Shown here in pieces: positions 1-13,900 of a stretch of DNA of 64,000 nucleotides. A model generated the notes under the pieces. That model made no database searches, was not told the origin of the DNA, and saw only the letters and a list, made by a program, of their open reading frames with translations. The DNA is taken from NCBI GenBank assembly GCA_002633005.1, contig NMRA01000043.1, positions 596,476-660,475 on the forward strand. The letters run 5' to 3'. The translations under genes and the position numbers were made by a program. How positions within the stretch are numbered: position 1 is the first letter of the stretch; every line of letters begins with the position of its first letter. The DNA is from Phoronis australis (lineage: Eukaryota; Animalia; Phoronida).

Positions 1-1121
1 CAACGCCAGAAATTTGTAACATGCACTACTGCGCATGCGCTAAATCTTGCCAGCAGCCCTCCATAAGAAATACACAAGAGCAGGCTATAATCAGGAATTT
101 ATAAGCGAGGGGAGATAACTGCACAATTTGCCGATAGCCTGTCGCATAGAGTGTATGTTAAGACTTGTTACTGCCAAATATCAGCGTCATTGGTGAAAAT
201 TTTTCCACGTCTCTTGAAGTTTGAAGTTTGCCCCATTCAGGCCTATGTTAACGATCGTCCGGAAGCCCATATTTGAGCGCATAGCTCATTTTGAAGTCAA
301 GTTTGTGGCTGAATTCATTTTGCCATCGGATTTGCCGATAGCGGAGGTGATTACCAGGAGTACTCAGAGGTTGCTGGTCCAAATTTCATGCTGTTTTTCG
401 AAAATTTTTCCACGTCTCTTGTGTTCAGAAAATGGATCCACGTACAGTGCTGTGAGATTAAATGTTGCCGATCGCCCGGCTGTCTTGCAATGGAATTTGC
501 ACTCTGTATAGATGAGAGATTACCTCAGAATCGGTAAGAAACTGTTATGTTCATTTTCTCATCCGGTATGAGTTTAGAAATACTTTTGAAGTTTGAAAAA
601 AGTCGGATTTTATACAGTTTTATGCAGGTTTTTCGCCTGTGAGTATAGTTGATACTGGTTATCTTCAAAATGTTGTTTCGTTTTGTGATCCACAGAACGT
701 TGTCCTTTCGTCTTAATTTAATACTGTTACATTGGAGTGGATTCCGGACACAAATATGTATTGGCAAACATCTGAAGATTAATAAAAAGCGCTTTGGCAG
801 CCCGCTTAGGCTGCAAGCACACGCCGGCTGCCTGGTGTTCAATTCACTTTTGTTGTGCTTATGTGTAGGCCTAGAGCTGTGACCCCAATGACCCAGCTAG
901 CACTGTCATACTGTAGACTGTGGCGTTCCAGAAATTCCAAAGACTGTTATTGTAAACTTGACAAGTATTGCTCTGCAGACTATATTGACTTCAGAGGGGC
1001 TCACGGTACTAGCGCCCAAACTTCCTGACCTTTAACCTTACTATGCGTTGTTACGATTGGTTAGGGACATGGCGCAAAGCGTCACCTAGTGGATCAAGAA
1101 TGTTACAAATTTCTGGCGTTG
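1..1121. mobile_element. Inverted-repeat-bounded DNA element (left end runs off window)
   Basis: 1-22 caacgccagaaatttgtaacat is the exact reverse complement of 1100-1121; internal duplicated blocks at ~127-220 and ~330-420. Confidence 0.6.
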
Positions 1122-3288
1122 TGAGGCATTGAGGCCACAGCCATAGTCCGATTTCATGTCTGTAGTTCTTCATCTCTTGCCATTGCCGTTGCCGTTTCTC
1201 ATGGGATGTACGTTGGCTACAAACAGATATTGCACAGATATCTGTTGGAGGCGGCCGGGTCAGGAGGTGGGTGATCCGGGTGGAGGCGCGTCAGTGGAGG
1301 CGAGTGCGGCGGAGGTGACGTAAAATGAATGGAAAATGCTTTCACCAGAGTTACTAAGAACAGCCTTAATAGTCTGCCATATATTCCTTATTTCTTTTTT
1401 AAATTTGGTAAATTTCTTATGATAGTACACATCCGATCAGTAGCAGATGTTATGGTGGCCTTTTCAATAATTTGGTACTCATGGGCCAAAGTTGTCACGG
1501 TGACACCTGACGGCCCTCTCGACGCTTGTGCTGATTCCAGACAGAGCCCATTGTCCGTTTCCTGTCCACGGCTTGGGTCTTCGACATTTTTGACGGCAGC
1601 AAAACAAACGCTTCTCACTTGATAGAACAGTTGTTATCAGCCGACTGACTCTCCATGCGTCTGTCGGCGGCCCGCCGGGCGCGCAACCTGCGCGGAGTGC
1701 ACAGTACACGGTAACAATGAAATAGAGCCACCGAACGCATGGCTATAAGCCAAAATTGTATTCTGCAAAATTAAAATGGTAAAGACGTTATCAACGCAAA
1801 TAAAAGTTTATTCTTTTATGAATCAGAAAGCATTCACAACTAAAAACAAGCCTAGAGGCTGCACTCGGGGAGAATCCCCAGTAAAATGTTGTTCAAGTTT
1901 GCATTTGACATGGATATTTCGTTTACTTCTGGGTCAAAAAATTCCGTTCATGAAGGATAAATCTTTATTTTTTATGAAGAATTACGTCTGTGTCCAAACT
2001 GAAATTTGTATGAAAACCAAGATACGCGATGACGGGGACTAGGCAACGCGATAATTACACCCTGACGGGCTTTATTAATAGTTTTGATAATGGTCGGTAG
2101 GATTTCAATAAAAAAACAGCCAATCGCTGACAAGCAAACTTGATGCTGCTCTGCTGTTTCGCGGGTTGTTCGCAAACGAGAGGATCGCAAGTTGCGTTGT
2201 AGTCTGATGTTGTCAAATGCCAGCACAGACGTCAGGTACCAAGGGTGTCTGTTGAAAGTCATGCAAACCTCTAAAATTTAATTGCGCTGGTGGTATTACA
2301 TAAAAAACCGAGTGAAAGAATTAACAGCCTCAAAATCCAGTTCCTTGGCGTACATTCGATTCGGTAAGTCATGTTGGCTCATGGCATGCACAGCCACAGC
2401 ACACTCATTCCACGGATGCTTCACTTCAATCTCATATCAAACACAAATCTCAATAGATTACACAAAACGGGCTCTACAAACCGAACCATGGCCAACTCAT
2501 TGTTCTTCCTAGTTTCTTCTCACTTCTGACTTCTGATATTTGATTTTGATAACATTTACAGCATATCGTCCGGTTACCTATTTTCGTCAGGCTCCAAAGT
2601 TCGTCCGCCATCTTGTTTCGCGTGCAGCGCAACCACGCGGGACTTAGCGTTCCAATTTGGAGTGCTCGTCTTCACGTTAGGTACTAACCTCTCGGGAGAA
2701 ACACGTATCATAGTAATGAGACAAAAATCGGTGAGTTTACCGATTGTTTTTTAAAACCACTTAAAAATCAGTAGATTTTACTAATACACTTTTTTGTGCG
2801 TTTTCAGAAGATGTTTTCGAATTAAAATTTTCTTCCGACGGGACACAAAACATGATCCAGGGTTTGTTTATGCAATGTATCTGTTTGTCCCAGGCACTAC
2901 AGTCAAGTGACCTAATTATCGGACGTTTTGGCACATTTTGCATTATGTTTAATTGAAAATATTACGGATTATTGTAAATTATTTGCTGAAATAAAGATTT
3001 ACCTTCGCGGAATTGTTCTGTTACTATATCTTGTCACTGAAAGCCACATTTATGTTCCGACTGATCTTCAAAAAACACAACAACCAAACCTTCGGAGAAC
3101 CTAAATATCGGACACCATGTTTCTCCATACGCCACACCGCGGAAAACTGACTAACCACGTAATGGCCGCGGGCACCTTGTCGCCAAATTTCAGCTCGAGT
3201 GTTTTGACATATATGCTGCTAGAACCCAGGTCCATTCGCAACAAAATTATCCATGAAATGAAATCTGATGACGGCGCCAAGTCGTTTC

Positions 3289-3801
3289 NNNNNNNNNNNN
3301 NNNNNNNNNNNNNNNNNNNNNNNNNNNNNNNNNNNNNNNNNNNNNNNNNNNNNNNNNNNNNNNNNNNNNNNNNNNNNNNNNNNNNNNNNNNNNNNNNNNN
3401 NNNNNNNNNNNNNNNNNNNNNNNNNNNNNNNNNNNNNNNNNNNNNNNNNNNNNNNNNNNNNNNNNNNNNNNNNNNNNNNNNNNNNNNNNNNNNNNNNNNN
3501 NNNNNNNNNNNNNNNNNNNNNNNNNNNNNNNNNNNNNNNNNNNNNNNNNNNNNNNNNNNNNNNNNNNNNNNNNNNNNNNNNNNNNNNNNNNNNNNNNNNN
3601 NNNNNNNNNNNNNNNNNNNNNNNNNNNNNNNNNNNNNNNNNNNNNNNNNNNNNNNNNNNNNNNNNNNNNNNNNNNNNNNNNNNNNNNNNNNNNNNNNNNN
3701 NNNNNNNNNNNNNNNNNNNNNNNNNNNNNNNNNNNNNNNNNNNNNNNNNNNNNNNNNNNNNNNNNNNNNNNNNNNNNNNNNNNNNNNNNNNNNNNNNNNN
3801 N
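3289..3801. other. Assembly gap (N run)
   Basis: Run of N bases. Confidence 1.
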
Positions 3802-4149
3802 TCAGTTTTTACAAAAGGGGGCAGCATATGACGAACTTAGGTGTCACAATAAAATGGCTGCCGAAGGCAGTGCACATTTGAAATAACTCGGCACAAATTA
3901 AAGAAAACTTCCGAATCGATGAATGCGGTATATCTGTGAGAGTTAAATCGAATCCTATTCAGATCATAACTTTGAAGTGGAATAATTCGGTGAGTACAAC
4001 AGCAAGTCGGTTTTATGCTTAGGCGGACGAACATTGGGTTCCCCAGTATACTGTTGTAATAGAGGAAAAAAGGGGTCGGCTAAACAGACACACAGGTTCG
4101 GGCCTATTAACACGGTGCAAGAGAAAAGTCTGGAGGCTACTCACATTAC

Positions 4150-4600
4150 GTCCGTACAGGACGGCAGCGAACTCCAGAAGGCCCAGACGATCTTGTCACG
4201 TGGTCTTGATGGGTGACTCGTCACGTGATAGGAGTGTGACCTCGGCTGGGCTCTTCTGGCGTTAGATGTCGCACAAGGCTAAGACCAACATTGTCACGAA
4301 AAGGACTTCACAACATAGAGACGCCACAGCCGAGACTGACGTCGACATTTACTACAATACTCAGGCTCAGCATCCTGTTGTTAGTTTGCAACAAATTTGT
4401 GGTCAAAACACAAAAACCTAATCAAAAAGCCGATGTGTCGCAACTCCTGAGTGAGTCGAGCCAGTCAGTGAGTCGGTTCAAGATCAAGTACGATACGGAA
4501 TTTCCCGCTGCGTGACGGATGGATAACATCAATTGCCAGACCATTTCGTAACCTTTCATAATCAACCGGCAATTGCCATTATTCATCCAAAACTAACCGG
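4150..4600 (+). promoter_or_regulatory. Candidate RB1 promoter / non-coding first exon
   Basis: CpG-richer stretch, GTCACGTGA at 4220-4228, E2F consensus TTTCCCGC at 4501-4508, possible donor gg|gtaata at 4601. Confidence 0.35.
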
Positions 4601-5109
4601 GTAATATTCTGTACTGTACTTGACCTTGAACTGACTCATTCAGGAGTTGCGAAGGATGGTCTTGTCCGGATTTTTTTTACCTGAATTTCTTGGGAACTCA
4701 GGATGCTGTCAATGCTATCAGAATAAAGAACAATTGCTCATGGTTTTCTGAATCCCTGTTTTGTGTAAATTTGTTGACATTTGTGTTTGATATGAACGAC
4801 TGAAGTGAAGCACCTGAGCGTCATACCTTGTAGTATATATTTAGTGTACTGGAGACAATCAGAAGTTAAGGATGCCTGTGGCCTTGGCTGTTTTGCCTTG
4901 GTTGAGCTTGGGTTAATTGAAGAGTTTGGTTAGACAAGGCTTATAATTCAGACTAGCCTATTGTATTTACATACAAATATCCAGCGAACGATCTGGATAA
5001 AAAGTAAGCGAAACAAAGTGTGACACAGCATAATGCCTGTGTCTCATTACTGCATTCTTTCATTCAGTGACTTTACCAGACGTAGAGGGTTGTGAGGGTG
5101 TGATAACAT

Positions 5110-7660
5110 CTAGTTCCTTTGTTAACTGCCAAACACAGTCTTGTCTGGTATGACAACAGGCAGACCAATTATCTACCAGGCTTATTACAGACCACCTGTG
5201 AGCACAATCAAACCCAGAGCGAATTGGTACGTTCGGAAAGAATAGATCGTCGTAACTTCAGTTGTAGTTGGGCGATTTTGGTGATTCAAAAACTAAACAT
5301 GATCAGCATTTGACAACAAATTCAGACATTCCATTGGTTTATGTTCAAATATGTAAAAACTTTTATTTTTAACAGCACACCCCAGTCAGGCTAGATACGA
5401 TCTTATTGGTGATTAGAGCAATCACCGAACAAAAGAGAGCTGGCCCTCCAACCATAAATGCCAGAATGAAGTTAATCAGTCGTGTAAGATATTGATTACA
5501 GGGTTCATCTTCCCAACTTGCGATAGAATTGAACAAGTTGGGAGCAACATGGAAAATGTGTGTCATTAAAACTACATTCTTCGAATTTTTACTTGAGTAA
5601 TTGAGTTAACTAACATGGCCCACTTCCTGCCATCAGAGGACAGGGGACCAGTTTACTGAACGATTTGGGTGGACTGATTTTCTGTCGGCCTTTGAAGTCC
5701 ACATGCCATGTATTGCATATGCCAGTGCTGTGTTACCTGCTATTTTACCAAGCTCTAGGCCAGGGTAGAGCAGACTACAACCAGTACTCATATGACATGT
5801 GGTGGCTTTATAAGGTTTTCACAAATCACAGTTCTTACAAAACCTACTTAGGTATAAAAGGTATGAAAGCCATGAAATACCGGTAATATATTGTTGTATA
5901 AAGTGACGGTATCACAGTATAGCTGACACTCGTCAGATGTTACCCTTTTTCTTAGCTTTACGTTGACTTTGTAGTTTGTACCTGTGTTTTTATCAACAAT
6001 AGGTCAGTGCAAAGGGTTACAAAATTTATTTCTGAATATTTGACTGAACAGACATGGACAATACTCAAAAACTCAAGGGGATATTTTTATAACCCATAAA
6101 GCATCGTAATAAAATATTTGTATGTCTTGAAGTGACTGAAAGAAATCAAGCAAAGAAGAGTAGTGTGTTGAAGGTAATGTACATGACAATGGCTTCCATC
6201 AGCCGCGATAGACACCAATGTGTTGCCAAATGTAGCCATGTCTGCAAGTTCTCGAAGAAGCTTTTTTGCACTAATGATGATGATACAGACTTGCTCACAA
6301 CTCTGGGGGCACAACCTCGCTATAGCTGTATTAGAGACTTTTTTCAAAGAACCCATAATTGTTAAAGTGCTCTTCAAATGTAGTGTATTATGCAGAGACG
6401 ACATCTGATCTATGTTAGAGGAGAATTGTATCACTGCTTTCCAAAGACAACAGGCTGTCATAGAAGCCAACAAAGGGCCAAAAGAGACTGAAGCTAGGGA
6501 TGATGCTGATGATGAAACTAGAGTTGGTCCTCCCAAGATGCTTGTCTCAAAGAAATATTTGACGAGGAAGATGAGGTCATGAGTGACAGCAAACCATCTT
6601 TGTCAATAGAAGCAAAAGCTCACTTGGAAGTTGTCAGAATATGGTCTGACAGTATTTTTAGTTGTATTGTATTGTTTTGTTTTGTTATTCTGTTTGATTG
6701 GCATGACCCCTGAGTTAGGTACAGTGATGATGTAATTTGTTTACTACTAAATAGTGTGGAACTTTCTAGTAGACTGAGGTCAGAACAGTGATGATGTAAT
6801 TTGTTTACTACAGTATAGAGTGGAACTTTCTGGAAGACTCTAGTTTGACAGTGATTAATGCAGTCCAGAATATTCTAGAGACTAGTACATGTTTGTAGAA
6901 TGGTTGGGTGGATTCAGGAAAGTTCTAGAATGTGCTTGAATTGATGAAAAGTTCCAGAACAATGCATTAGGCTATAAATACACAAGCACGGGTTTGTGTT
7001 AGTAAGATCAAGTCCGGAGATCAAGTCAGTGAGATCAAGTCAGTTCAAGAGAAGAGATCAAGTCAGGAGATCAAATAAGTTCCAGAAAGTTAATCAGGAG
7101 AGCTACAGTTGAGTTGCAGTGAAGAGAATTAGCAGTTACAGCGATAGTCAATAGAGAGCCAGCTATAGAGACAGCAGGTTATTGAATCGACGAGTGTAAC
7201 AGTTGCTGAACGTGTCTCAGAAGTTCATCACAAGTCAAGGCTTCGCAGCACTGGCTGGAGCATAAACAGACATTACGTCAGACGTTTTGTTTGAGTAGGC
7301 TTGTGAACGTACGGTCGGGATTAATAAAGGATTAACTCGAACCAGTCTTCAGTCAATCGTAGCACCGAAAGCTATTAGCACCGGTCTGTAACAACCTGCG
7401 CCCACCCACACACGGGGAAAAACGTGACAGAAGTGGAAAGTTACTTACAGGTGCTCTCTTTTGTGTTTTGGAGCAAGCACCAGACCAACTGCAGATTAGT
7501 CCTGTTTTGGCAAAATTTACTACAATATGCATCCATGCCTGTGTAAGCAGTGACCTCTGTGTGGATTATAAGCTTGGCAGGCAAGGCCAGTTTGTCTCCA
7601 GGATGAGCTGACCAGTTCATTTTCCTTGTAAAAATGCACAGTTTGTGCAACAAACAAAGT
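5110..7660 (+). pseudogene. Decayed hAT transposase remnant
   Basis: Fragments in order: TPVRLDTILLVIRAITEQKRA (~TRWNST..L.R..EQK.A), LLTTLGAQPRYS (~ATLLDPRYK), EVESYL..FWSK...ADQFIFL (hATC dimerisation-like); many stops and frameshifts. Confidence 0.6.
6632..7429 (+). mobile_element. Solo LTR (798 bp) with 5-bp TSD
   Basis: TGTCA...TGACA termini, GAAGT duplicated at 6627-6631 and 7430-7434, TATAAATA at 6973, AATAAA at 7323, internal short repeats. Confidence 0.88.
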
Positions 7661-7866
7661 TAATCAGTCTTGTCGTTTAACCATTTCAATACAAAGTTGT
7701 GTACGTTTCTTCAATCACAAATTCTGTGAGAAATAAACGTTGGAATATTGTGTAGTTTCATCAAATATCGATGTTGGATCACATTGTTTTGTTCTTAACA
7801 GAATGCAGCCCTGTTGTACAAAAACAAGTTGTGGTAGTACTTTTGCATCATCTTGTTCGTTTCAGA

Positions 7867-7992
7867 ATGATGGTTACCAAAGAGGAATTTTCCGCTTTGT
7901 GTACAAAACTGGATATTGCTACTAGAGTGGAAGCAGATACCTGGTCTGCATGGACACAACTGGGCCATGCAAACAGCAAACCAGACATCAGT
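7867..7992 (+). CDS. RB1: RB1 coding exon 1 (RB-N: [29 protein letters not shown]...)
   Basis: tttcag acceptor ending 7865, gtaagt donor at 7993; resembles RB1 DFTALCQKLKI..RERAWLTW. Confidence 0.85.
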
Positions 7993-10900
7993 GTAAGTTA
8001 CATATGCTTCCTATTGCTCTACACAGGTTTCACTTGAATTTGCCGGGCTTTAATGCCTTAAAAAATTGCATGGAATTCCTCTCATCAAGCGTGAAACACA
8101 AAACTTACACTTGAATGGTCAAACATTCCCTCAGGGTTAGAATCAGTTTCAACTTATGCTAAATACTCTTAGCTTGACAGTATCAGAAAATGCTGCCTGG
8201 ATGTAGAAGACAAGATATGGATTTCATTTTGTTGTAATACAAGGCTGATTCATCAGAATCCTCGGACTAGAGCCATTGTAACTACATGGAATAACTGGTG
8301 GTCTAGGCAATGAGACAATGTTGGGGAGGGAGATTTACCCCTACTGTAAAAATTGGAAGGCCTAGGAATCTTTCCCCTTGGTGAGAGAGTGCCTTGTATA
8401 GTTCTGTGTTCTAGCATCTGTACAACCAGTGGTTAATGGAATGTGTGGTACACATCTGTTCTGATGGTAGTGGATCTATACTTCTAAGTTCTAATATTCA
8501 TTATTTAAAAAGTTCCCATGTTTTAAGTTGCACATTCTCTGTGCAAAACTAAGTTTTTATGGATTTAAGTGTCAAATATATGGAGCAGTGGAGCAGTAAA
8601 AGGTGATGTAAATAACACCATTAGCCAATGTATGACTTTGAAAAGCGTTTCTGCTACCTGTGGTAGATTGCATATCTATCCCAGAACATCTACCCTGGGT
8701 ACAAGAGTAAGAGATGCCTGGCTGATGGACAAAAAGTACATCAATAGGACTTAACCCAAGTTACTGAAGATGCTTAAATCTGATCATAAAAAGACCGACC
8801 ATGAAAATGTGTCTGCATGCATAACATGCAGCATTCTTTGCATCGTTGCCAAGTGTCTGGAAAAAATATTAATAAATTTAAATTTCTGAGGAGATAATCT
8901 GACAAGTATAGTATTGAATTATGAAAATTTGTATTTTATATTATTATTTGTTTATTTTGAAAGAATGTCGTGTTGAAAGAGCATTTGGCAATATGTTTCA
9001 TAAAACTGGTGTGCACTTAAATTCATTTTTTACTGATCCGAATGAAAATGATGCCCAAAGAGTATTTGTAGCATGTCTGCAAGCAATATAACCTTACATT
9101 TTTGGTCCGTGTTTATTGCTCGACACTTTGCTTAATGCCAATTTGCCAAATGCGATTTAGCAAAAATCCCAGGTCGCCAAATGAAAAACTGAGGCTGCCA
9201 AAACTGATGTCTGAAGTCACTGACCAAAAAGAAAAACTTGTACTGCTGTCAACATTAAAAGATATACATAATTCTTTTTTCACTAAATTCAAAGGAATTT
9301 TACCCGAAACTTTAATCATAGATTTTTCACATTTGAAAAGCACACCTTTGAATGAGATGTTAAACTTTGAAATAAAATTGCCAATTGAAAGAACTCATGA
9401 AATCTTTTTTAAATGTCCTACAGCTTGGGCCCTCTGGCTAACATCCAATAGTCATTGGATTTGAGTTTCCACTATTTAAGGCATCCATGCCAATTACTTT
9501 GACATGTCTGATATAATGTTCTGACTTTGAATAACTTGCTATGCCACCTTCACTGCTATGTTATCTGGTGTTATTACATGTCTTATATTTATGTTCTGAT
9601 CTTGGATAACTTGTTATGCCACCTTCACTGCTATGTTATCTGGTATTACTACATGACCACCGATACTTCTGTCCTCTTATTCACTAAACCATATTAAAAT
9701 GACTTCGGATGTCCTTATTTGTTACCTGACCAATTACAACCTGCAGAAACCGCAACCCATGAATGATTGTAAGGAGACCATAACATTGCATTGAAACACG
9801 TAAGAACTTGGTAATCAACTGAGAGACAGAAATATCAAAGGAAAGAGAATCAGATGTCCAATAATGAGTCAATGTGGTCTTCCTTGGTCCATTTGACCTA
9901 TTATCACCCTCAGGATTGTTCCATGTATTAGTGTGTACTGTGGTATTTCTTTTAAAAATTCTGAATTATTTGTTTTGTCAGAATTCACCAATGAAGTGGC
10001 TGGCCTGTCTACTATACACTACCAGTGTTGAAGCGAGGTAAAGTATCTATTCTGTTTTTTAACTATTCAAATCTGCAAGCTGTAACTATGACATAATGTT
10101 TTCCAGATTTGTGGATGTCATTGTATCAGTAACTATTAACATAGCTCAAGAAATCATATTTAATTTCAAATTATTTTTCATTAATTTATTAAATAACACC
10201 CTGTGGAATGCCCATGGATATTAGTTGCAAAATAGGCGCATTTCAAATTTCGTGATTTAAACTTTTTGTTTGGTCCGTGTATGGTTGTTGCTAGTATTAT
10301 AATTATCTCTTGAGTCATGTCAAATATTGCCTCATCAGGTATCCATATGGTCTGAATGATCCCATCATGAGAAATGGTTGTTCAGAGGTGCCACGTTTCA
10401 ACTTGTTCAAACTTTTATCAGAGACTGGAATGAGGTGAGACGACAACTGCAGCCTGAGTAGATAGTCGGCTTTGTCTTTCACCTGCTGAGTGATGTGCTT
10501 TCAATTTATAACTTTGCTGACTTGAACTTTTTGTCTAATATACAGTACAAAATGTTAAGTATTTCTTAGTACAAAAATCATTTCGTACTTTGTTGAGATC
10601 AGAATAGTTTGGCAGCAGCTCCTGCTGTAGACAAAATGTGTTAAACTCACAGTATTGCTGTCATTTTAGGTTTGTTAATGTGACTTGGCCAAATGCTTTT
10701 TTGTTGCTCTGAAAACGACTGTCAAACACACAAAGATCTCAAGTGAATTTTGTGGAAAATAATTGATTGTTTACATTGTTGTGTGTTCAGTGAAGTTTGT
10801 TGTGATCAAAATTATGTTGTGAAATTAGGCTATTAAAGACTTATTCTGCTGACCGGGCTCTTTGTGGACCACGATATAGACAGCTCATTGGTTGTGGTTT

Positions 10901-13900
10901 GTACCCATTCTCACTGGTGTCTAATTCTATTCTGTAGCATGGCTGAGCTGTGCAGTCAACTACAGATGTTGAAGAATCAGTCAGTTGTGGGTGACACGGC
11001 ACGAGACAGTATAACGCTGTTGCTGAAAAGGTACCTGATATGTGCACCAATCTTCGACAAATTTGAACGGTAAGCTGTTATGAAATTGATTTGAACTCTA
11101 AGGCCATTTTTCTAAATGCATTTATCCCCCCCTTCAAGCGTCTGCACCAACTTTTCCATATCATGTTGACACTAATTTAGTTAATTATGCAACCATCATC
11201 AGGATTTTGTGGTGTTGTGAAGAGGATATAATGGCAGTTGCTGTGAAATGACCAAAAAGAGTTGGGTGTGGTCTGCAAGCTTGCCACCTCAATTAGAAAA
11301 TACTGAAGTGTGTTGTTAATAATAATCAACATCAAATAGCAGTGTCTGATCATGTTTCTTCACTACTGACAGAAATCATAAGTGGATTAGAATGGCTGGG
11401 GTTTTTAGTACATTTTAACTACCTGCATGCAGTAGCATTGATAATACATAACTTTCTTTTGGTATCTGTGTTTCAGCATTTTCAAGGAAATATTCCTCCA
11501 AGAACAACCGGATATACAGTAAGGCTTGCATTGAAAGTTGATAATAGTGTTACATTGTTAGATTGTTAGTGATCTTGATAATAGTGTTAGATTGCTTCAC
11601 ACTTAATGCTTGGTAATAGTGTTAGATTGCTCCACACCTAATGCTTGGTAACAGTGTTAGATTGCTCCACACCTAATGCTTGGTAACAGTGTTAGATTGC
11701 TCCACACCTAATGCTTGGTAATAGTGTTAGATTGCTCCACACCTAATGCTTGGTAATAGTGTTAGATTGCTCCACACCTAATGCTTGATAATAGTTTTAG
11801 ATTGGTACTCACCTAATTGCTCCACACTGAACACTTAAAGACATAGTTTCACACCAAAACAACTGCTTTTCAAAACAAATAATAGGGCTGTGTGAATCTG
11901 TTGCACAGGGCAGTTCTTGTCCAAACAGCTTGGTTAATGAGAAAAGCCCAGCAATAATGACCTTTTCCGACTTCAGCCGTCGAGTCAATTCTGAGACCAG
12001 GCATATGTGGTTACATAACTGTCTGATGTCAGTTCAGGAAGACAGCTGTGTATTGCAATGGCTAAAAGCAGTCAACCCTCCAAAATTTTGCTTGCTTCAT
12101 TTGATAATTTCTTTCAACTCCATTTGTTGGCATAATTAAATTGTTTTTCGCCAAGAAGATGTAAAAACCAGTGTATCACATATAACCAAGCCTAATACAA
12201 AAAAGTGCAGTTTTAATTTTTTTCATTTTCAGCAGTGAGTAAATTAACCATGTATATAATTGAAATTTGAGTGGAGGTGGCAATGTCAATGACAAAATTA
12301 TAACAACACTTGAAATGGAAGTCTTCTGAACTTGGTTTGTTAAATTCATGTGTTAATGTATTGAAATAATAACAAACCCAAGGCATCAAAAAATATTGCC
12401 TGAAGATGCCAGTGAACATATTATTTCAACCATTCATTACGACAAGTTAATTCTACCATGCTTTGGTCACTGAGTCATAGAAGTCAAAGAACAAATCAGA
12501 GGACGATTATGATTTAATTCCCAGTTCAAATTAAAATCAAGTGCTTTCAGTTGGAATTATCTATTTGGTTTCTACAGTGAAAGACTTTCAAGGTAGTTGA
12601 AGGTTACCGCTACTGTACATAAGTCACAACTGAAATAATCTCACTACACTAAACTTTATCTGTGGTCTAATCTTTTACCGAAATAAGTAACTTAGAATGC
12701 ACAGTACTTTAACATTTAAGCATTACAAACGTTATCCAACAAAAAGACAAATTTACATGATATAAAAGTGGATATGCCTAACTATTACCATGGCGACCAC
12801 GTATTTGTTACATTAGAAATCGACAAGCATGATTTGAAAAAGTAAGAAGTTGCTGTGGAAAAGGGATTGGAGGCTGGAACCTTCACAATCCAACATGGCC
12901 TATTACTCTAATTAAGAGCCTTTACATTTTGGCCCTTAATAACTTGAATTAAGAAAGCAAAAAGTTACAACACATGTATTGAAAGAACGATTCATACGTA
13001 AAATTTAGAAAAATATGAATTATGTTGTGACACATAATCAAACCTTAAAGCGCAATTGACTTTCAAAGAAAAAACGATTTCAAAACTTTTTCAACTGTTT
13101 TTAAGCTGAGTGTATGGTCAACTGAACGGGATATTCACACTGCAATAATTAGAATATTCCTTATATTTTTTGTAAAAAAAACTAAACATTGTGCAAAGTT
13201 GTTTTGTAGCAGCTTTCATGAAAATGTATCAAAGTTAAAACTTCACGAAGTACAAAATAGCTGATTGAACATGCCCTTCAGTTCAGCAGATGTCGCCATG
13301 TTGTCGGAAATGAGACCAAGCCCAACGGGAATTGTAAGCATTTTTATCACTCAGTAAGTAACATCTGCTTGGCTGAAATCCATTGAAATAGTAGGTGTAG
13401 ATGTTTCTCTTATGCACGGTTTTAAACTCGTAACTTATGCCACTTGTCCAAGATGACCAACCAGGTCCAAAAAAGTGACCCAGATTTCGCCACCAAAATT
13501 GCAATAAATGTGCACTTCTTAACCAGATTTTGATAATTTTTCAATTTTTACTGAGTGGGATGCATTATCTTTCCGGTTATATTGTAATATTTTTGCAAAT
13601 CGTTCATTTAGTCCAGCTAGCTATCGACTAGGCTAAAATTCAATGGATTGCAACGACAGATAACGAGCATAAAGCAATTCAACACATCCACCTACAAACA
13701 TTTACCGGTATGTTGCAAAAACTGTTCTTCAAAAGAAAAGCAATCTACTGGTTACTTTTAATCCTGTCCGACAGTGTCTGTCGATGCTATCCGCCATTTT
13801 GAATGTTAGTTTGTTAATACTAGCTCAAGGCCCTCTAGCTTCTGGAAAGCGACGGCATCTACTGTTTCGAATACTCTGTAAAAGTTCACTCATCCTGGTT

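Noticed and set aside
3117-3881. Long ORFs of 187-254 aa
   Set aside because: Artefacts of translating the N gap
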